Source: Nitrospirota bacterium (lineage in GTDB: Bacteria > Nitrospirota > UBA9217). Taken from it: a stretch of 64,000 nucleotides of DNA. The notes below the pieces were generated by a model that saw only the letters and a program-made list of their open reading frames with translations, ran no database searches and was not told the DNA's origin. The position numbers and the translations under genes were made by a program. Below are positions 48,275-57,881 of this stretch, piece after piece. Numbering within the stretch: the stretch's first letter is position 1; every line of letters begins with the position of its first letter. The stretch is from positions 40,854 through 104,853 of the forward strand of contig CAVVOB010000020.1 in NCBI GenBank assembly GCA_963749655.1, in the 5' to 3' direction.

Positions 48275-48597
48275 ATGACCGACGACATTCTGGAGTTCAT
48301 AAAATCATGTATACAAAGACGAAGGATTTTCTGGACGTATCATGTCAATATGCGCCTGAAGAACGCTTCATTTCGAGGGACGCAATTCTGGAGTCAATCG
48401 AAACGTATGAGATTATTGAGCGATATCCCGATGATAAATACTTGCCAAGCTTTCTTGTACTTGCCCAGTATGAGAAAGTGTCTTTTCATATACATGTCGC
48501 CGTAGACAAGGAAAACGACGATGTCGGGATCGTAACGGCATACAAACCCTCGACGGATGAGTGGGAAGAGGGCTTTAGAAAACGGAGGAAGACATGA
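48275..48597 (+). CDS. DUF4258-domain toxin-like protein, apparent 1-nt deletion near 48357
   Basis: MTDDILEFIKSCIQRRRIFWTYHVNMRL in one frame is followed by EERFISRDAILESIETYEIIERYPDDKYLPSFLVL...VTAYKPSTDEW in another (ORF 48226..48597). Confidence 0.7.
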
Positions 48598-48815
48598 AGT
48601 GTCATCAGTGCGGCAGTGAGTTGACGAAAACTACGACGGACCTGCCCTTTAAAACCGATGTTCATTCCATCATTATCATTAAGGACCTGCCCGTCCTGCA
48701 GTGCCGCGGTTGCAGTGAATATCTAATCGAGGACGCCGTGATGTCGCGGGTTGATGATATCCTGAAAAATGTCAGCAGCGACGTAGAAGTGGAAATATTG
48801 AGCTACGCGGCGTAG
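48594..48815 (+). CDS. YgiT-type zinc-finger protein (MqsA N-terminal-like antitoxin)
   Basis: MKCHQCGS...LQCRGCSEYL forms a CxxC...CxxC ribbon. 73 aa, with the start overlapping the upstream stop (ATGA). Confidence 0.7.
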   Translation: MKCHQCGSELTKTTTDLPFKTDVHSIIIIKDLPVLQCRGCSEYLIEDAVMSRVDDILKNVSSDVEVEILSYAA

Positions 48816-49094
48816 CTCCACATCAACCAACACTGTTTTTTCGCTAAGTACAGGGTCATATCTGGTTCGTTGGAGACGATTCGTGGGATGAAGTGACCTA
48901 AATGGATTAATGCAATTAACACTTATGTGAGGAAAGAATAAGTCCATCTGGTCTCAACGTCCCGAAAATGTGCTCATCTTGCCGAAAATCTTCTCAGTAA
49001 TTCATCAACAAAAAATGATAAAGCATTTTAAGAACCAACGTCTGCAAAGGCATTGAAAGGGTCTTGGGGATAACAATATCTTAATTCCTGATGT

Positions 49095-49139
49095 CTGACC
49101 CCAAACGGGACCCAAACGGGACCTGACCCCAAACGGGAC
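49095..49139. repeat. iteron-like direct repeats: CCAAACGGGAC x3, nested in CTGACCCCAAACGGGAC x2
   Basis: 17-mer at 49095..49111 and at 49123..49139. 11-mer copies at 49101, 49112 and 49129. Confidence 0.85.
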
Positions 49140-49608
49140 CATGGAGTTATCGATATGGGAGGTTTTTAGAGCATCAAAAGAATCTTGATACTGAGATTCA
49201 GTCGGGTATAGTAAAGCAAAACTCGACGTGATGATACCAACCTGCGCGTCCACAGCGACGCGCCTGGAGGCGGCGCGTGACGCGCGCGTTCATGTGCAAG
49301 TTGAAACCGGTAATTCACAGAATTTCTGATGGTCACCGGTTGCACAGTTGTAGGTGGAATAAGCAATCTCAGTGCTTATTATTTCGCGCTGTACCTTTCG
49401 CCTCATGTTCCTTTCCACCCTCTCGAGAAAACTTTTAAACGGTTATGAAGGGTATCGTGACCGGGTGCGTACCGTCTTGTGCCTTTCATTTGGTAAACGG
49501 GGAAAAGGGACGTTGCCGCATGCGGTGCGCGCCCGGCACACTTCGCGCCTAGTACAACAACGCCCCTGCGTGTACAGCCACTCGTAACCCAGCCTGCTCG
49601 CCGTTTCG

Positions 49609-50097
49609 CTAGCTTAAACCCTCCATCAAGCCGGACATCTTTTCATCAAGCATCCGTGCAACGATCCTGACCTCATCGTCCTTAAACTGCCCGAGCAGCG
49701 CCGAGGGCCGGTCATAAGTAACGCGGGTTTTGCCGTCGTATCCTTCATAAACCGAAACCCGCAGCGGAGCATAGACGCCGATGGCCGGGCTCTTTTCGTA
49801 CATCCGGTTCGCGAGAACCGGGTTCCCGATGAGATAGACAGTCATTTTCTTTTTCTTTCCCATCAAGGAAACTAAAGGGCCTTGATCGAGCTTCGCAAAG
49901 ATCACAAAGCCCAGATCGCCGACCATGCCCTCAACCACGTCCTCAATTTCCTTAGAGGACGCGCCTGCTGCTACCAGGCGGGTGAAAGCTGAAATATCCG
50001 CCATGGGAATTCTGCGCTCAAATGCCGCTGTTGCTTCCGGGAATGCTTTCGTCGACGTTATCTCTATTCTTTCTCCCTCAAAACGAATCGTTTTCAT
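49609..50097 (-). CDS. DUF302 domain protein
   Basis: 162 aa. The pattern ...YLIGNPVLANRMY...GVYAPLRVSVYE is typical of DUF302. Confidence 0.7.
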   Translation of the reverse strand: MKTIRFEGERIEITSTKAFPEATAAFERRIPMADISAFTRLVAAGASSKEIEDVVEGMVGDLGFVIFAKLDQGPLVSLMGKKKKMTVYLIGNPVLANRMYEKSPAIGVYAPLRVSVYEGYDGKTRVTYDRPSALLGQFKDDEVRIVARMLDEKMSGLMEGLS

Positions 50098-50166
50098 ATC
50101 GTTCTCCTTTCGAGCCGCTGTCTGCTTTTACACTCCTACCCGGTTGAATGTATTTTGTAATCCGCA

Positions 50167-50649
50167 TCAAGTCTTTGGGCGAAGGAGAAGCCGGAACATG
50201 AGGCCGTGCGTGATGAAGTAGAGCGGCACCATCATCGTTGGGATATAAAACGCAGCGCCGAGCGTTCTGGCGTCAAGCTGGATCGACAGCCCATGATAAA
50301 ACGCGAGTAAGAGGTCCGCCGCGCCCCAAAGGTTTAACAACCAGACGAGCGCGATGGCAGCGAACGCACGTCTGGAAAGCGCTGCAGCGGCCGCGACTGC
50401 AAGTACGGCTACAACCAGATCTCCGTAAGCAGCAGGAACGGCGAAGGCCCGGGGGAGCTCCGGGGAAACGACCCCGGGCACGAGGAAGCTGAGTCCCATG
50501 AATCGAAAGGCATGGGGCAGCACAAGGGCAAGCAACGCATCGTCACGCCCCAATTTTTGAAGCCTCGGCCAAATATATAACTTCGTGACCAAACCATAGG
50601 CCACTAAGCTCATCAGGATGCTGAGTCCGAATATCGCCCGAATGTCCAT
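50167..50649 (-). CDS. hypothetical integral membrane protein
   Basis: The start was moved to ATG 50649 (GGAGGG upstream). Five predicted TM helices and no motif I recognise. Confidence 0.5.
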   Translation of the reverse strand: MDIRAIFGLSILMSLVAYGLVTKLYIWPRLQKLGRDDALLALVLPHAFRFMGLSFLVPGVVSPELPRAFAVPAAYGDLVVAVLAVAAAAALSRRAFAAIALVWLLNLWGAADLLLAFYHGLSIQLDARTLGAAFYIPTMMVPLYFITHGLMFRLLLRPKT

Positions 50650-50898
50650 ATTTCCCTCCTTTGTTCTTCCGTGCAACCGAGCTCCTATTTCAACCTTCAA
50701 AGGGTCCATCGTGTGCAGAGAATGAATTGTTCTACTTGAAAGGTAGCCAAGGGGCTGCGAGGCCGCAAGCTTATTGCGATGAACGGTAAAAAAGCGGGCG
50801 CGAACGGCAGCTGCGGGAAACGGCCGGCAGTGACTTCAACTTTTGTCCTATTTGAGCGGCAGCCCCACCCAACATGTTGTTTCTGATATACTTATTCC

Positions 50899-51693
50899 AT
50901 GACCCAGCCGATCATCCAGGTGGACGCATTCACGGACAAACCCTTTTTCGGCAATCCCGCGGCAGTATGCATCCTCGATGACGTCAAGGACGACCGGTGG
51001 ATGCAAAACGTGGCGCGGGAGATGAACCTCTCCGAGACCGCATTTCTCAACAGGCGCGCCGACGGTTTCGACCTCAGGTGGTTCACACCCCTTGTCGAGG
51101 TTGACCTCTGCGGCCATGCGACCCTTGCGGCGGCCCATGTGCTGTGGGAGGACAAGCATCTTGCGGAGACCGAGGAGGCGCGCTTCCATACCCGGAGCGG
51201 CCTGCTCCGGGCGCGGCTCCGGGAAGGCTGGATCGAGATGGACTTTCCCGCAGAGCCCGAAACGAGGGCGCCGGCGCCCCCGGGGCTCGAAGCGGCGCTC
51301 GGCGTCATTCCCGAGTATGTCGGCAAGAACCGCTTCGACTATCTCATCGAGATCGAGTCGGAGAACGAGCTCCGGAGCCTGAAACCGGATGTCGCCTCGC
51401 TCAAGGCGATACCGGCGCGAGGCTTCATCGTGACGGCCCGGTCGATAAACAAAAAGTATGATTTCATTTCACGGTTCTTTGCGCCCTCGGTGGGCATCGA
51501 GGAAGACCCCGTGACGGATTCCGCGCACTGCTGCCTCGGACCCTATTGGCAGAAGCGGCTGAAACAGTACCAGTTCTACGCCTTCCAGGCCTCGGCCCGC
51601 GGCGGCGAGATCCACGTGCGTGTAGGCGCGGAGCGGGTGATGCTCTCGGGCAAGGCGATTACGGTGATGCATGGCGACCTCGCGACTGAATAA
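50899..51693 (+). CDS. PhzF family isomerase-like protein
   Basis: IIQVDAFTDKPFFGNPAAV, ETAF, CGHATLAA and DPVTDSAHC motifs. Confidence 0.9.
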   Translation: MTQPIIQVDAFTDKPFFGNPAAVCILDDVKDDRWMQNVAREMNLSETAFLNRRADGFDLRWFTPLVEVDLCGHATLAAAHVLWEDKHLAETEEARFHTRSGLLRARLREGWIEMDFPAEPETRAPAPPGLEAALGVIPEYVGKNRFDYLIEIESENELRSLKPDVASLKAIPARGFIVTARSINKKYDFISRFFAPSVGIEEDPVTDSAHCCLGPYWQKRLKQYQFYAFQASARGGEIHVRVGAERVMLSGKAITVMHGDLATE

Positions 51694-52564
51694 CATTTCA
51701 AAACCGGATTCTCCCGAAGCGTGCGCGTGCGGGGAGGAGGGCACGTCCGGGGCAGGTCATCCTCACGAAACGGCATTGATCACCGGCGCGTCCGGCGGCA
51801 TCGGCCGCGAATTCGCCAAAATCCTTGCCGGGAACTGCGCAAACCTCGTTCTGGTGGGCCGCCAGGTGGCGCGGCTCCGCGCGGCCAAACTGAAGCTCGA
51901 TTGCGTTTGCAGCGGATCGGAGATCATAACGATCGCAAAGGACCTGTCCCGACCCGGCGCCGCCGCAGAGATCCTTGCCGAGCTCGAGCAGCAGAACATC
52001 ACCGTCGACATGCTGATCAACAACGCGGGTTTCGGCGGCTTCGGCGCCTTCTCTGCACGGAAGTGGGAGGACGAGGCTGCAATGATCGCGGTCAACATCA
52101 CGGCGCTGACGCAGATGACCAAGCTCTTTGTCCGCGGCATGATCGAACGGAAGCGGGGCAGGATCCTGAATATCGCGTCCACTGCCGCATTCCAGCCAGG
52201 CCCGCTCGAGGCGGTCTACTACGCGTCGAAGGCCTATGTCCTTTCCTTTTCCGAGGCCCTTGCCAATGAACTGAAAGGAACGGGCGTTACCGTGACCGTT
52301 CTCTGCCCGGGGGCGACTGCAACCGGCTTTGCCGCCGCGGCGGGGCTCGAACAGTCGAGGCTTTTCAAATATTTGAAACCTGCGTCTGCGCCGGAGGTGG
52401 CGAAATACGGCTATGATGCGATGATGCGGGGAAAGACCATTGCAATCCCCGGCGCGCTGAACAAGCTCGGCGCGTTCGGCGCACGGCTCCTTCCCCGGGC
52501 GCAGCTTGCCGCCATGGCGCGCTGGCTCCATGAGCCCGCGGAACCGGCGCGCGGCAGGATGTAA
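51671..52564 (+). CDS. short-chain dehydrogenase/reductase (SDR)
   Basis: TGASGGIG and YYASKAY (YxxxK) motifs. The N-terminus is unusually long, so the start is uncertain. Confidence 0.8.
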   Translation: MATSRLNNISKPDSPEACACGEEGTSGAGHPHETALITGASGGIGREFAKILAGNCANLVLVGRQVARLRAAKLKLDCVCSGSEIITIAKDLSRPGAAAEILAELEQQNITVDMLINNAGFGGFGAFSARKWEDEAAMIAVNITALTQMTKLFVRGMIERKRGRILNIASTAAFQPGPLEAVYYASKAYVLSFSEALANELKGTGVTVTVLCPGATATGFAAAAGLEQSRLFKYLKPASAPEVAKYGYDAMMRGKTIAIPGALNKLGAFGARLLPRAQLAAMARWLHEPAEPARGRM

Positions 52565-52567
52565 CTG

Positions 52568-52623
52568 GCAGAGAGCAGAGAGCAGAGAGCAGAGAGCAGA
52601 GAGCAGAGAGCAGAGAGCAGAGA
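52568..52623. repeat. heptanucleotide microsatellite (GCAGAGA)x8
   Basis: Eight perfect tandem copies begin 3 nt after the SDR stop codon. Confidence 0.95.
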
Positions 52624-52675
52624 GACTCTCCCCTATGCGCCATGCTCTATGCACTATGCTGAATTATCATTTTTT

Positions 52676-52696
52676 GCTGGTTCAGTCTGAATCAGC
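52676..52696. repeat. third member of the CTGGTTCA triloop hairpin family
   Basis: GCTGGTTCA-GTC-TGAATCAGC (one G.T pair). The 5' context TTTGCTGGTTCAG is identical to 42293..42305. Confidence 0.7.
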
Positions 52697-52723
52697 GCTG
52701 TGCAGCCGACAGCGGATTTTTTT
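52696..52723 (+). terminator. intrinsic terminator after the SDR gene
   Basis: CGCTGT-GCAGCCG-ACAGCG, followed by GA and T7. Confidence 0.75.
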
Positions 52724-52818
52724 CCGGATTCCGGCCCCTGGCCCCCGGCCCCTCGTTCCATCGTGTTCTTGTCCCTTTCCTTCTTGACACCCTCCCGGCA
52801 TTAATGCTACTTTGCTTC

Positions 52819-53691
52819 ATGCTCGTTTACCTTGACGGACGATTTGTCCCGCAGGAGAAGGCGATGGTATCGGTCTTCGACCACGGCTTTCTCTACGGCG
52901 ACGGCATCTATGAGACCATGCGCGTCTACAACGGGACGTTTTTCCTGCTCAGGCAGCACCTCGTCCGTCTCAGGAGTTCGGCAAAGGCCATAGCACTCAC
53001 CCTTCCTCTTCCGCCTGACGGGATCGCAGATGCCCTCCAGAAAACGGTGTCGATCAACAAGCTTCGGAACGCCTATGTCCGGATCCACCTCTCGCGCGGA
53101 TTGGGCGCAATCGGTCTCGATCCGGCCCTTTGCCCGGCGCCCACCATGGTGATCGTGGCCAAGCCTTTTCACGACTATCCTCCTGCGCAGTACGAACAAG
53201 GCGTCAGGGTTTCCCTCGTCAACACGCGGAGGAACCATCCGGCGGCCCTTCCGCCGTCGATAAAAAGCACGAACTTCCTGAACAACATCCTGGCAAAGAT
53301 CGAGTCGATCAAGGCAGGCGCAGTCGAGGGGATCATGCTTAACTGGGAAGGACATGTTGCGGAAGGCACGGTCAGCAACATTTTCCTGGTAAGGCGTGGC
53401 GTTCTGTATACTCCGTCCGTGAAGACGGGCATTCTTGCAGGCGTTACGCGCGGCCTGGTGCTGCGCCTCGCGAAAAAGAGCAGGATCCCCGTGAAGGAAT
53501 CGCTGCTTCTGCCGAAGGACCTGGCCGCAGCCGACGAGTGCTTTCTCACGAACACGACCATGGAGATCATGCCGGTCACCGCAATCGGCAAAAAGCGGGT
53601 GGGCAACGGCAGACCCGGCCCCATCACGGGCCTGCTGCGGCAGGCGTACCGGAAAGAGGTGTCAGCATGCTTAAAGACGCAAGCCACTTAG
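52819..53691 (+). CDS. class IV aminotransferase (branched-chain amino acid aminotransferase / ADC lyase family)
   Basis: MLVYLDGRFVP...FDHGFLYGDGIYET...EGTVSNIFLV motifs. Confidence 0.85.
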   Translation: MLVYLDGRFVPQEKAMVSVFDHGFLYGDGIYETMRVYNGTFFLLRQHLVRLRSSAKAIALTLPLPPDGIADALQKTVSINKLRNAYVRIHLSRGLGAIGLDPALCPAPTMVIVAKPFHDYPPAQYEQGVRVSLVNTRRNHPAALPPSIKSTNFLNNILAKIESIKAGAVEGIMLNWEGHVAEGTVSNIFLVRRGVLYTPSVKTGILAGVTRGLVLRLAKKSRIPVKESLLLPKDLAAADECFLTNTTMEIMPVTAIGKKRVGNGRPGPITGLLRQAYRKEVSACLKTQAT

Positions 53692-54338
53692 CGCAGATGA
53701 TCGACCATACGCTGGTGCGCCCCGCAGCGACGTTCGACGACCTGGCCAGGGCGTGCGAGGACGCAAAGAAATACGGCTTCGCCTGCGTGGTGGTGAACAG
53801 CAGCCACGTCGCGCGGGCGCGCGAACTGATGAACGGCACGCTCGTCAAGGTCTGCTCGGTCGTCGGGTTTCCCCATGGCGCAAGCACGACGACGGTGAAG
53901 ATTGTCGAGGCCATGGAGGCCATGAAGAACGGCGCCAGCGAGCTGGATTTCGTGGTAAACCTGGGCATGGTGAAGTCCGGCAGGTACGATGCGGTGGAGG
54001 TGGACATCAAGAACATCATCGCCATGACGCCGTCGAAGGTGCACAAGGTCATCCTCGAAACGGGAAGCCTCACCGAGGACGAGATCATCCGCCTTTGCGA
54101 GATCTCAATGCGCGCCGGCGCCGAGTTCGTGAAGACCTGCACGGGATACGGCCCGCGGGGCGTTACCGTGGAGGATATCCGGCTCATCCGCAGGATCGTG
54201 GGCTCGGTCTGCCGCATCAAGGCCTCCGGCGGGATCCGGGACCTCGCAGCGGCCGAGGCCATGGTTGAGGCGGGAGCCGAGCGGATCGGAACGAGCGCCG
54301 GTCCGGCGATCATGGAAGAGTTTTTGCAGAGAAGATGA
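53667..54338 (+). CDS. deoC: deoxyribose-phosphate aldolase
   Basis: IDHTLVRP, VVGFPHG, FVKTCTGY (Schiff-base Lys) and KASGGIR motifs. The start was moved to ATG 53667. Confidence 0.9.
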   Translation: MLKDASHLAQMIDHTLVRPAATFDDLARACEDAKKYGFACVVVNSSHVARARELMNGTLVKVCSVVGFPHGASTTTVKIVEAMEAMKNGASELDFVVNLGMVKSGRYDAVEVDIKNIIAMTPSKVHKVILETGSLTEDEIIRLCEISMRAGAEFVKTCTGYGPRGVTVEDIRLIRRIVGSVCRIKASGGIRDLAAAEAMVEAGAERIGTSAGPAIMEEFLQRR

Positions 54339-54414
54339 CGGATCGGATTCCGATAACGTCCTGCTGCGGTTCCCTTAACAAATCATGATGCGCGTCCTAT
54401 TAAAGTATCTTCGC

Positions 54415-54486
54415 CGTCATGCCGGACTTGATCCGGCATCCAGAGATTTTCACGATGACTGGATTCCCGACTTCGCGGGAATGACG
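54415..54486. repeat. nested-hairpin intergenic repeat element (REP-like)
   Basis: An outer CGTCAT...ATGACG pair encloses ATGCCGGA-CTTGA-TCCGGCAT (54419..54439) and ATTCCCG-ACTTCG-CGGGAAT (54463..54482). Confidence 0.75.
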
Positions 54487-54565
54487 ATCTGGTCGATTGC
54501 CCGCGTTTCAACAGTGATTTTTTTCCGTTTTCCGATCATCCCTCCATCAGCATGAGAACAGCACA

Positions 54566-55435
54566 ATGGCCGATCAGCAACGAATAAAATCCGTCCTTGT
54601 CAACAACGCCGAACTCCATTACGTCGAGTCGGGGGAAGGGCCGCCGGTCGTCATGGTGCACGGCAGCCTGAGCGACTTCAGGACCTGGGGCTTCCAGCGG
54701 AGGTTCTTTTCGAAGCAGTACCGCGTGATCGCCTACAGCCGCCGCTATCACTATCCGAACGCCATGCCCGCAGGCCGATCGGACTATTCGGTCGGGCTGC
54801 ACGCAGAAGACCTCTCGGCGCTAATCCGGGCGCTCGGGCTCGGACCGGCGCATATTATCGGGTCCTCGTACGGCGCCTATGCCTCGCTCATCATGGCTGC
54901 GCGCCACCCGGAGCTCGTGCGCACTCTCGTGATCGGCGAGCCGCCGATGTTTCCGCTGCTCAAGACCGACAAGGAAGGCGCTCACCTGCTGCGGGCTTTT
55001 CTGAAGCAGGTGTGGGAGCCCTCGATCCAGGCCTTCGAAGCGGGCAACCTCGAAGAGGGATCGAGAATCTTTTACGAAGGCATTACCTCGACGGGCGCCT
55101 ACGAGAAGCTTTCTCCCTCTGCAAGGAACGGCATGCTTGAGAACGCCCTGCCGCTCAAGGCTGAGGCGATTTCGCGGGTCCGCTTCCCGGACTTTGCGAA
55201 GCACGACGCGGAACGGATCCAGGCGCCCTGTCTTCTCTTGGACAGCGAAAGGAGCCCCCGCCTGTTTCACCGCATCACGGACATGCTCGAAGGGATGCTG
55301 CCGCGGACCGAGCGAGGGGTGATCGCCAACGCGTCGCACAGCATGCATACGGACAATCCGAAGGAGTACAATGAAAGGGTGATGAAGTTTCTTGCCCGTG
55401 CCCCCGGTTCCGTTCTCCCTAAGGACGAGTATTGA
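54566..55435 (+). CDS. alpha/beta hydrolase fold protein
   Basis: VVMVHG, GSSYGA (GxSxG) and a C-terminal ASHSMH region. Confidence 0.85.
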   Translation: MADQQRIKSVLVNNAELHYVESGEGPPVVMVHGSLSDFRTWGFQRRFFSKQYRVIAYSRRYHYPNAMPAGRSDYSVGLHAEDLSALIRALGLGPAHIIGSSYGAYASLIMAARHPELVRTLVIGEPPMFPLLKTDKEGAHLLRAFLKQVWEPSIQAFEAGNLEEGSRIFYEGITSTGAYEKLSPSARNGMLENALPLKAEAISRVRFPDFAKHDAERIQAPCLLLDSERSPRLFHRITDMLEGMLPRTERGVIANASHSMHTDNPKEYNERVMKFLARAPGSVLPKDEY

Positions 55436-55483
55436 TGAGCCCTGTAGGGGGCCCACAGGATGGTGCCGCTTATTTTCGGCCTC

Positions 55484-57592
55484 CTAGGGCAGTTCCACGT
55501 ACACCGGGCTGTCGCCGAGGTTGAGCGTCACTGATCCGGCCGAGACGGCAACAGTGGTAACCGTGAACGAATTCGCATAACCTGCCGCAGTGACTTCCGC
55601 TCCGGTGGCGAACTTGGGGAGCGCTTCCGTAACGGTCACCGTTGCGCTGTTCAGCCCGGATATGGTAACGGCCCGGACCTTTCCGGAGGTGTAGGTCGGA
55701 TCATTGAAGTAATCCCACCAGGCGACATAGATTGCCTTCCCGTTCTTGGTGAAGCGGTATACGTAGACGTCGTTGGCCTGCTGCACCGTTGCAGTGGAGT
55801 TCCAGTCGGAACCTTCCAGCTTCTCCGTCATCTTCCGGTACGAGTAGTACCCCAGCTTTTTCTGTCCGGTTGTAAGATCGCCGGGCACCGCGCTGTCGTA
55901 AATCAATCCTGTGTAGTCAAAATAATCGCCGTCGTATTTAAAGCCGTCCATGACGCCGAAGCCGGCAAATATCACCTTGACTCCCAGGGACAGAGGATAG
56001 ACGTACCGTTTGACGTAATCCAGCGCCTGCTGGCGCTCGGTCTGCGACGGGTACGTCGGCGTTGAACTAGTTCCTGATGACACAATGGTGCCGCTGAAGG
56101 CGGTCATTTCAGTCATCCAGATCGGAACGGAGGTGAATCCGTCGGCGTCGAGCACGGTCCGGATGTGGTTATACGCGTCACCCGCGCCCCGGTAGTCTCC
56201 CGTCGCCTGCCCGTACCAGTGAAAATCCATGACGTCAACGTACTGTCCGTGAAGAGCATCGAGAATCGGCTTGTATCCAAGGTCGAATGCCTTAAGGTAA
56301 CGCGAGACCGGCGGAAAGCCGCCGACGCCCCCGATAAGAACGGTGCAGTCAGGACAGGCTGCTTTGACGGCCAGATAGGTTATTCGCTGCACATCGGCAA
56401 AGGACGTCGTCTGAGTGTCGAAGGGCTCATTTTCCACCTGCCAGTACTTCACCGGATTGGTCAGGCCCGGCATGCTGTCCGGTCCCTGGGTGGAATACCG
56501 CTTCACCAGGGCCTGCACGAAGGCGGAATATTTGGCTTCATCGACCGGCAGGTAGGAACCCGTCACTTCGTAGCCCGTAGAACCGGGCGGTTCCACCGCG
56601 ATGTTTCCGAGAGGCGATATCCCCTGGGGGATGCTTCCGTATTCGACGTCAAAGGGGACAAAATTGTAGGTCTGCGTCGTCAAGTCGGGCTGCACGAGCG
56701 ACCAGAAGGCATACAGCTCGCCCCGTGCCCAGGTTACGCCGATTGCCTGGGCGTCGGTATAATCGTGGGGATGTCCCGGAAGATCGGTTTTCGCCGGGTG
56801 GAAGCCGAAAGGACTCAGATTGGCGGGCGCCGCGGCGGTCGTCAGGCCCCAGGTGTAGTTGCCCGCCATCGCATTTCCTGCAAGGTCCTTCACGCCGGTG
56901 GTAATTGTGGCCGTGAAGGTGGCCAGGGGGGCCAGGGCCGCGCTGGGAAGAAACAGGGCTGTTTCACCGGTCAGGACGACGGTTCCGCTCACCGGGGTGT
57001 TGGCGCCGTCCTTCACGGTGAAGGTGGCAGTATTGACCGTTGCACTGTCCAGCGCCTCGCTGAAGGTTGCTACGAGGGCCGATGTTATCGAGACATTGGT
57101 TGCACCGTTGGCAGGATCGGTCGAGATCACCGTGGGGGGGGTGGTGTCCTGAGACGCCGAAACCATCCCGGTGGTGAAGCTCCAGGTGTAATTGGCAGGC
57201 AGTGGCTTGCCGGAAAGGCTGTGCACGCCGCTGGTGATCGTGACCGTATAGGTTGTAGTCGGATCCATTCGGGTGGAGGGAACGAACGTAGCGATTGATC
57301 CCGACGTGAGACTGATCGTGCCGCTGACGCTCCTGCCCTGGGCGTCGGTCACCAGGAAGGTGGATGCGTTGACCGTCGATGGATCCACGCTCTCGCTGAA
57401 GGTCACCACGATCGTCGAGTTAAGGGAGACCCCGATTGCGCTTTCGGAAGGCTGGATCGACAACACGGCGATTCCGCCTGGTGATGCCTGGTTTGCGCCG
57501 CCCCCGCCGCTGCAGGAAACGACAATGCTGATAAGCGCTGTATATAGCAGTGCGATGCGGATGAAGCCAAAGATCGTGTGTTTATTGGACAT
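55484..57592 (-). CDS. secreted lipoprotein: two SbsA/Big_5-like Ig domains plus a clan GH-A-like (beta/alpha)8 glycoside-hydrolase-like domain and a C-terminal beta domain
   Basis: ATG 57592 and lipobox VVSC. Two roughly 100-aa repeats (...TVVTFSESVDPSTVN.STF.V...). WQVENEP (acid/base NEP motif) and IWMTEM (candidate nucleophile Glu). Confidence 0.7.
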   Translation of the reverse strand: MSNKHTIFGFIRIALLYTALISIVVSCSGGGGANQASPGGIAVLSIQPSESAIGVSLNSTIVVTFSESVDPSTVNASTFLVTDAQGRSVSGTISLTSGSIATFVPSTRMDPTTTYTVTITSGVHSLSGKPLPANYTWSFTTGMVSASQDTTPPTVISTDPANGATNVSITSALVATFSEALDSATVNTATFTVKDGANTPVSGTVVLTGETALFLPSAALAPLATFTATITTGVKDLAGNAMAGNYTWGLTTAAAPANLSPFGFHPAKTDLPGHPHDYTDAQAIGVTWARGELYAFWSLVQPDLTTQTYNFVPFDVEYGSIPQGISPLGNIAVEPPGSTGYEVTGSYLPVDEAKYSAFVQALVKRYSTQGPDSMPGLTNPVKYWQVENEPFDTQTTSFADVQRITYLAVKAACPDCTVLIGGVGGFPPVSRYLKAFDLGYKPILDALHGQYVDVMDFHWYGQATGDYRGAGDAYNHIRTVLDADGFTSVPIWMTEMTAFSGTIVSSGTSSTPTYPSQTERQQALDYVKRYVYPLSLGVKVIFAGFGVMDGFKYDGDYFDYTGLIYDSAVPGDLTTGQKKLGYYSYRKMTEKLEGSDWNSTATVQQANDVYVYRFTKNGKAIYVAWWDYFNDPTYTSGKVRAVTISGLNSATVTVTEALPKFATGAEVTAAGYANSFTVTTVAVSAGSVTLNLGDSPVYVELP

Positions 57593-57881
57593 AGCTTTTC
57601 CTTTGCGAGGGAAGTCCGCATACCTGTTCATGCACAGCTGCAATCAACTGTCCTATGGCACACTTCGATTGTGCAACGACAAGCATGCGCAACCCGATAC
57701 GTTCAACGGTCTGGAAATCTTATTTTGCTGCATTTAATTGTACCATGCTGCCAGGCCCGAAACTAGACGCCTTAAGTAGCAGTACGTTCAGGGCTGATTC
57801 GGGGAGGAGAGATTCAAGAGGGATAAGTTTTTTATCGAGAGGGATTTCGATGATCGTAGCAGCCGGTCCTGCACCGGGCCC

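Noticed and set aside
49005-49253. 82-aa minus-strand ORF (MVPFGVRSRLGPVWGQ...) as a possible integrase N-terminal remnant
   Set aside because: The apparent peptide repeat is produced by the CCAAACGGGAC DNA repeats read in different frames, and no recombinase motifs follow.
51698-52654. 318-aa minus-strand ORF with the repeat LSALCSLLSALCSLLSALC
   Set aside because: The repeat is just the translation of the (GCAGAGA)8 microsatellite, and the rest is antisense to the SDR gene.
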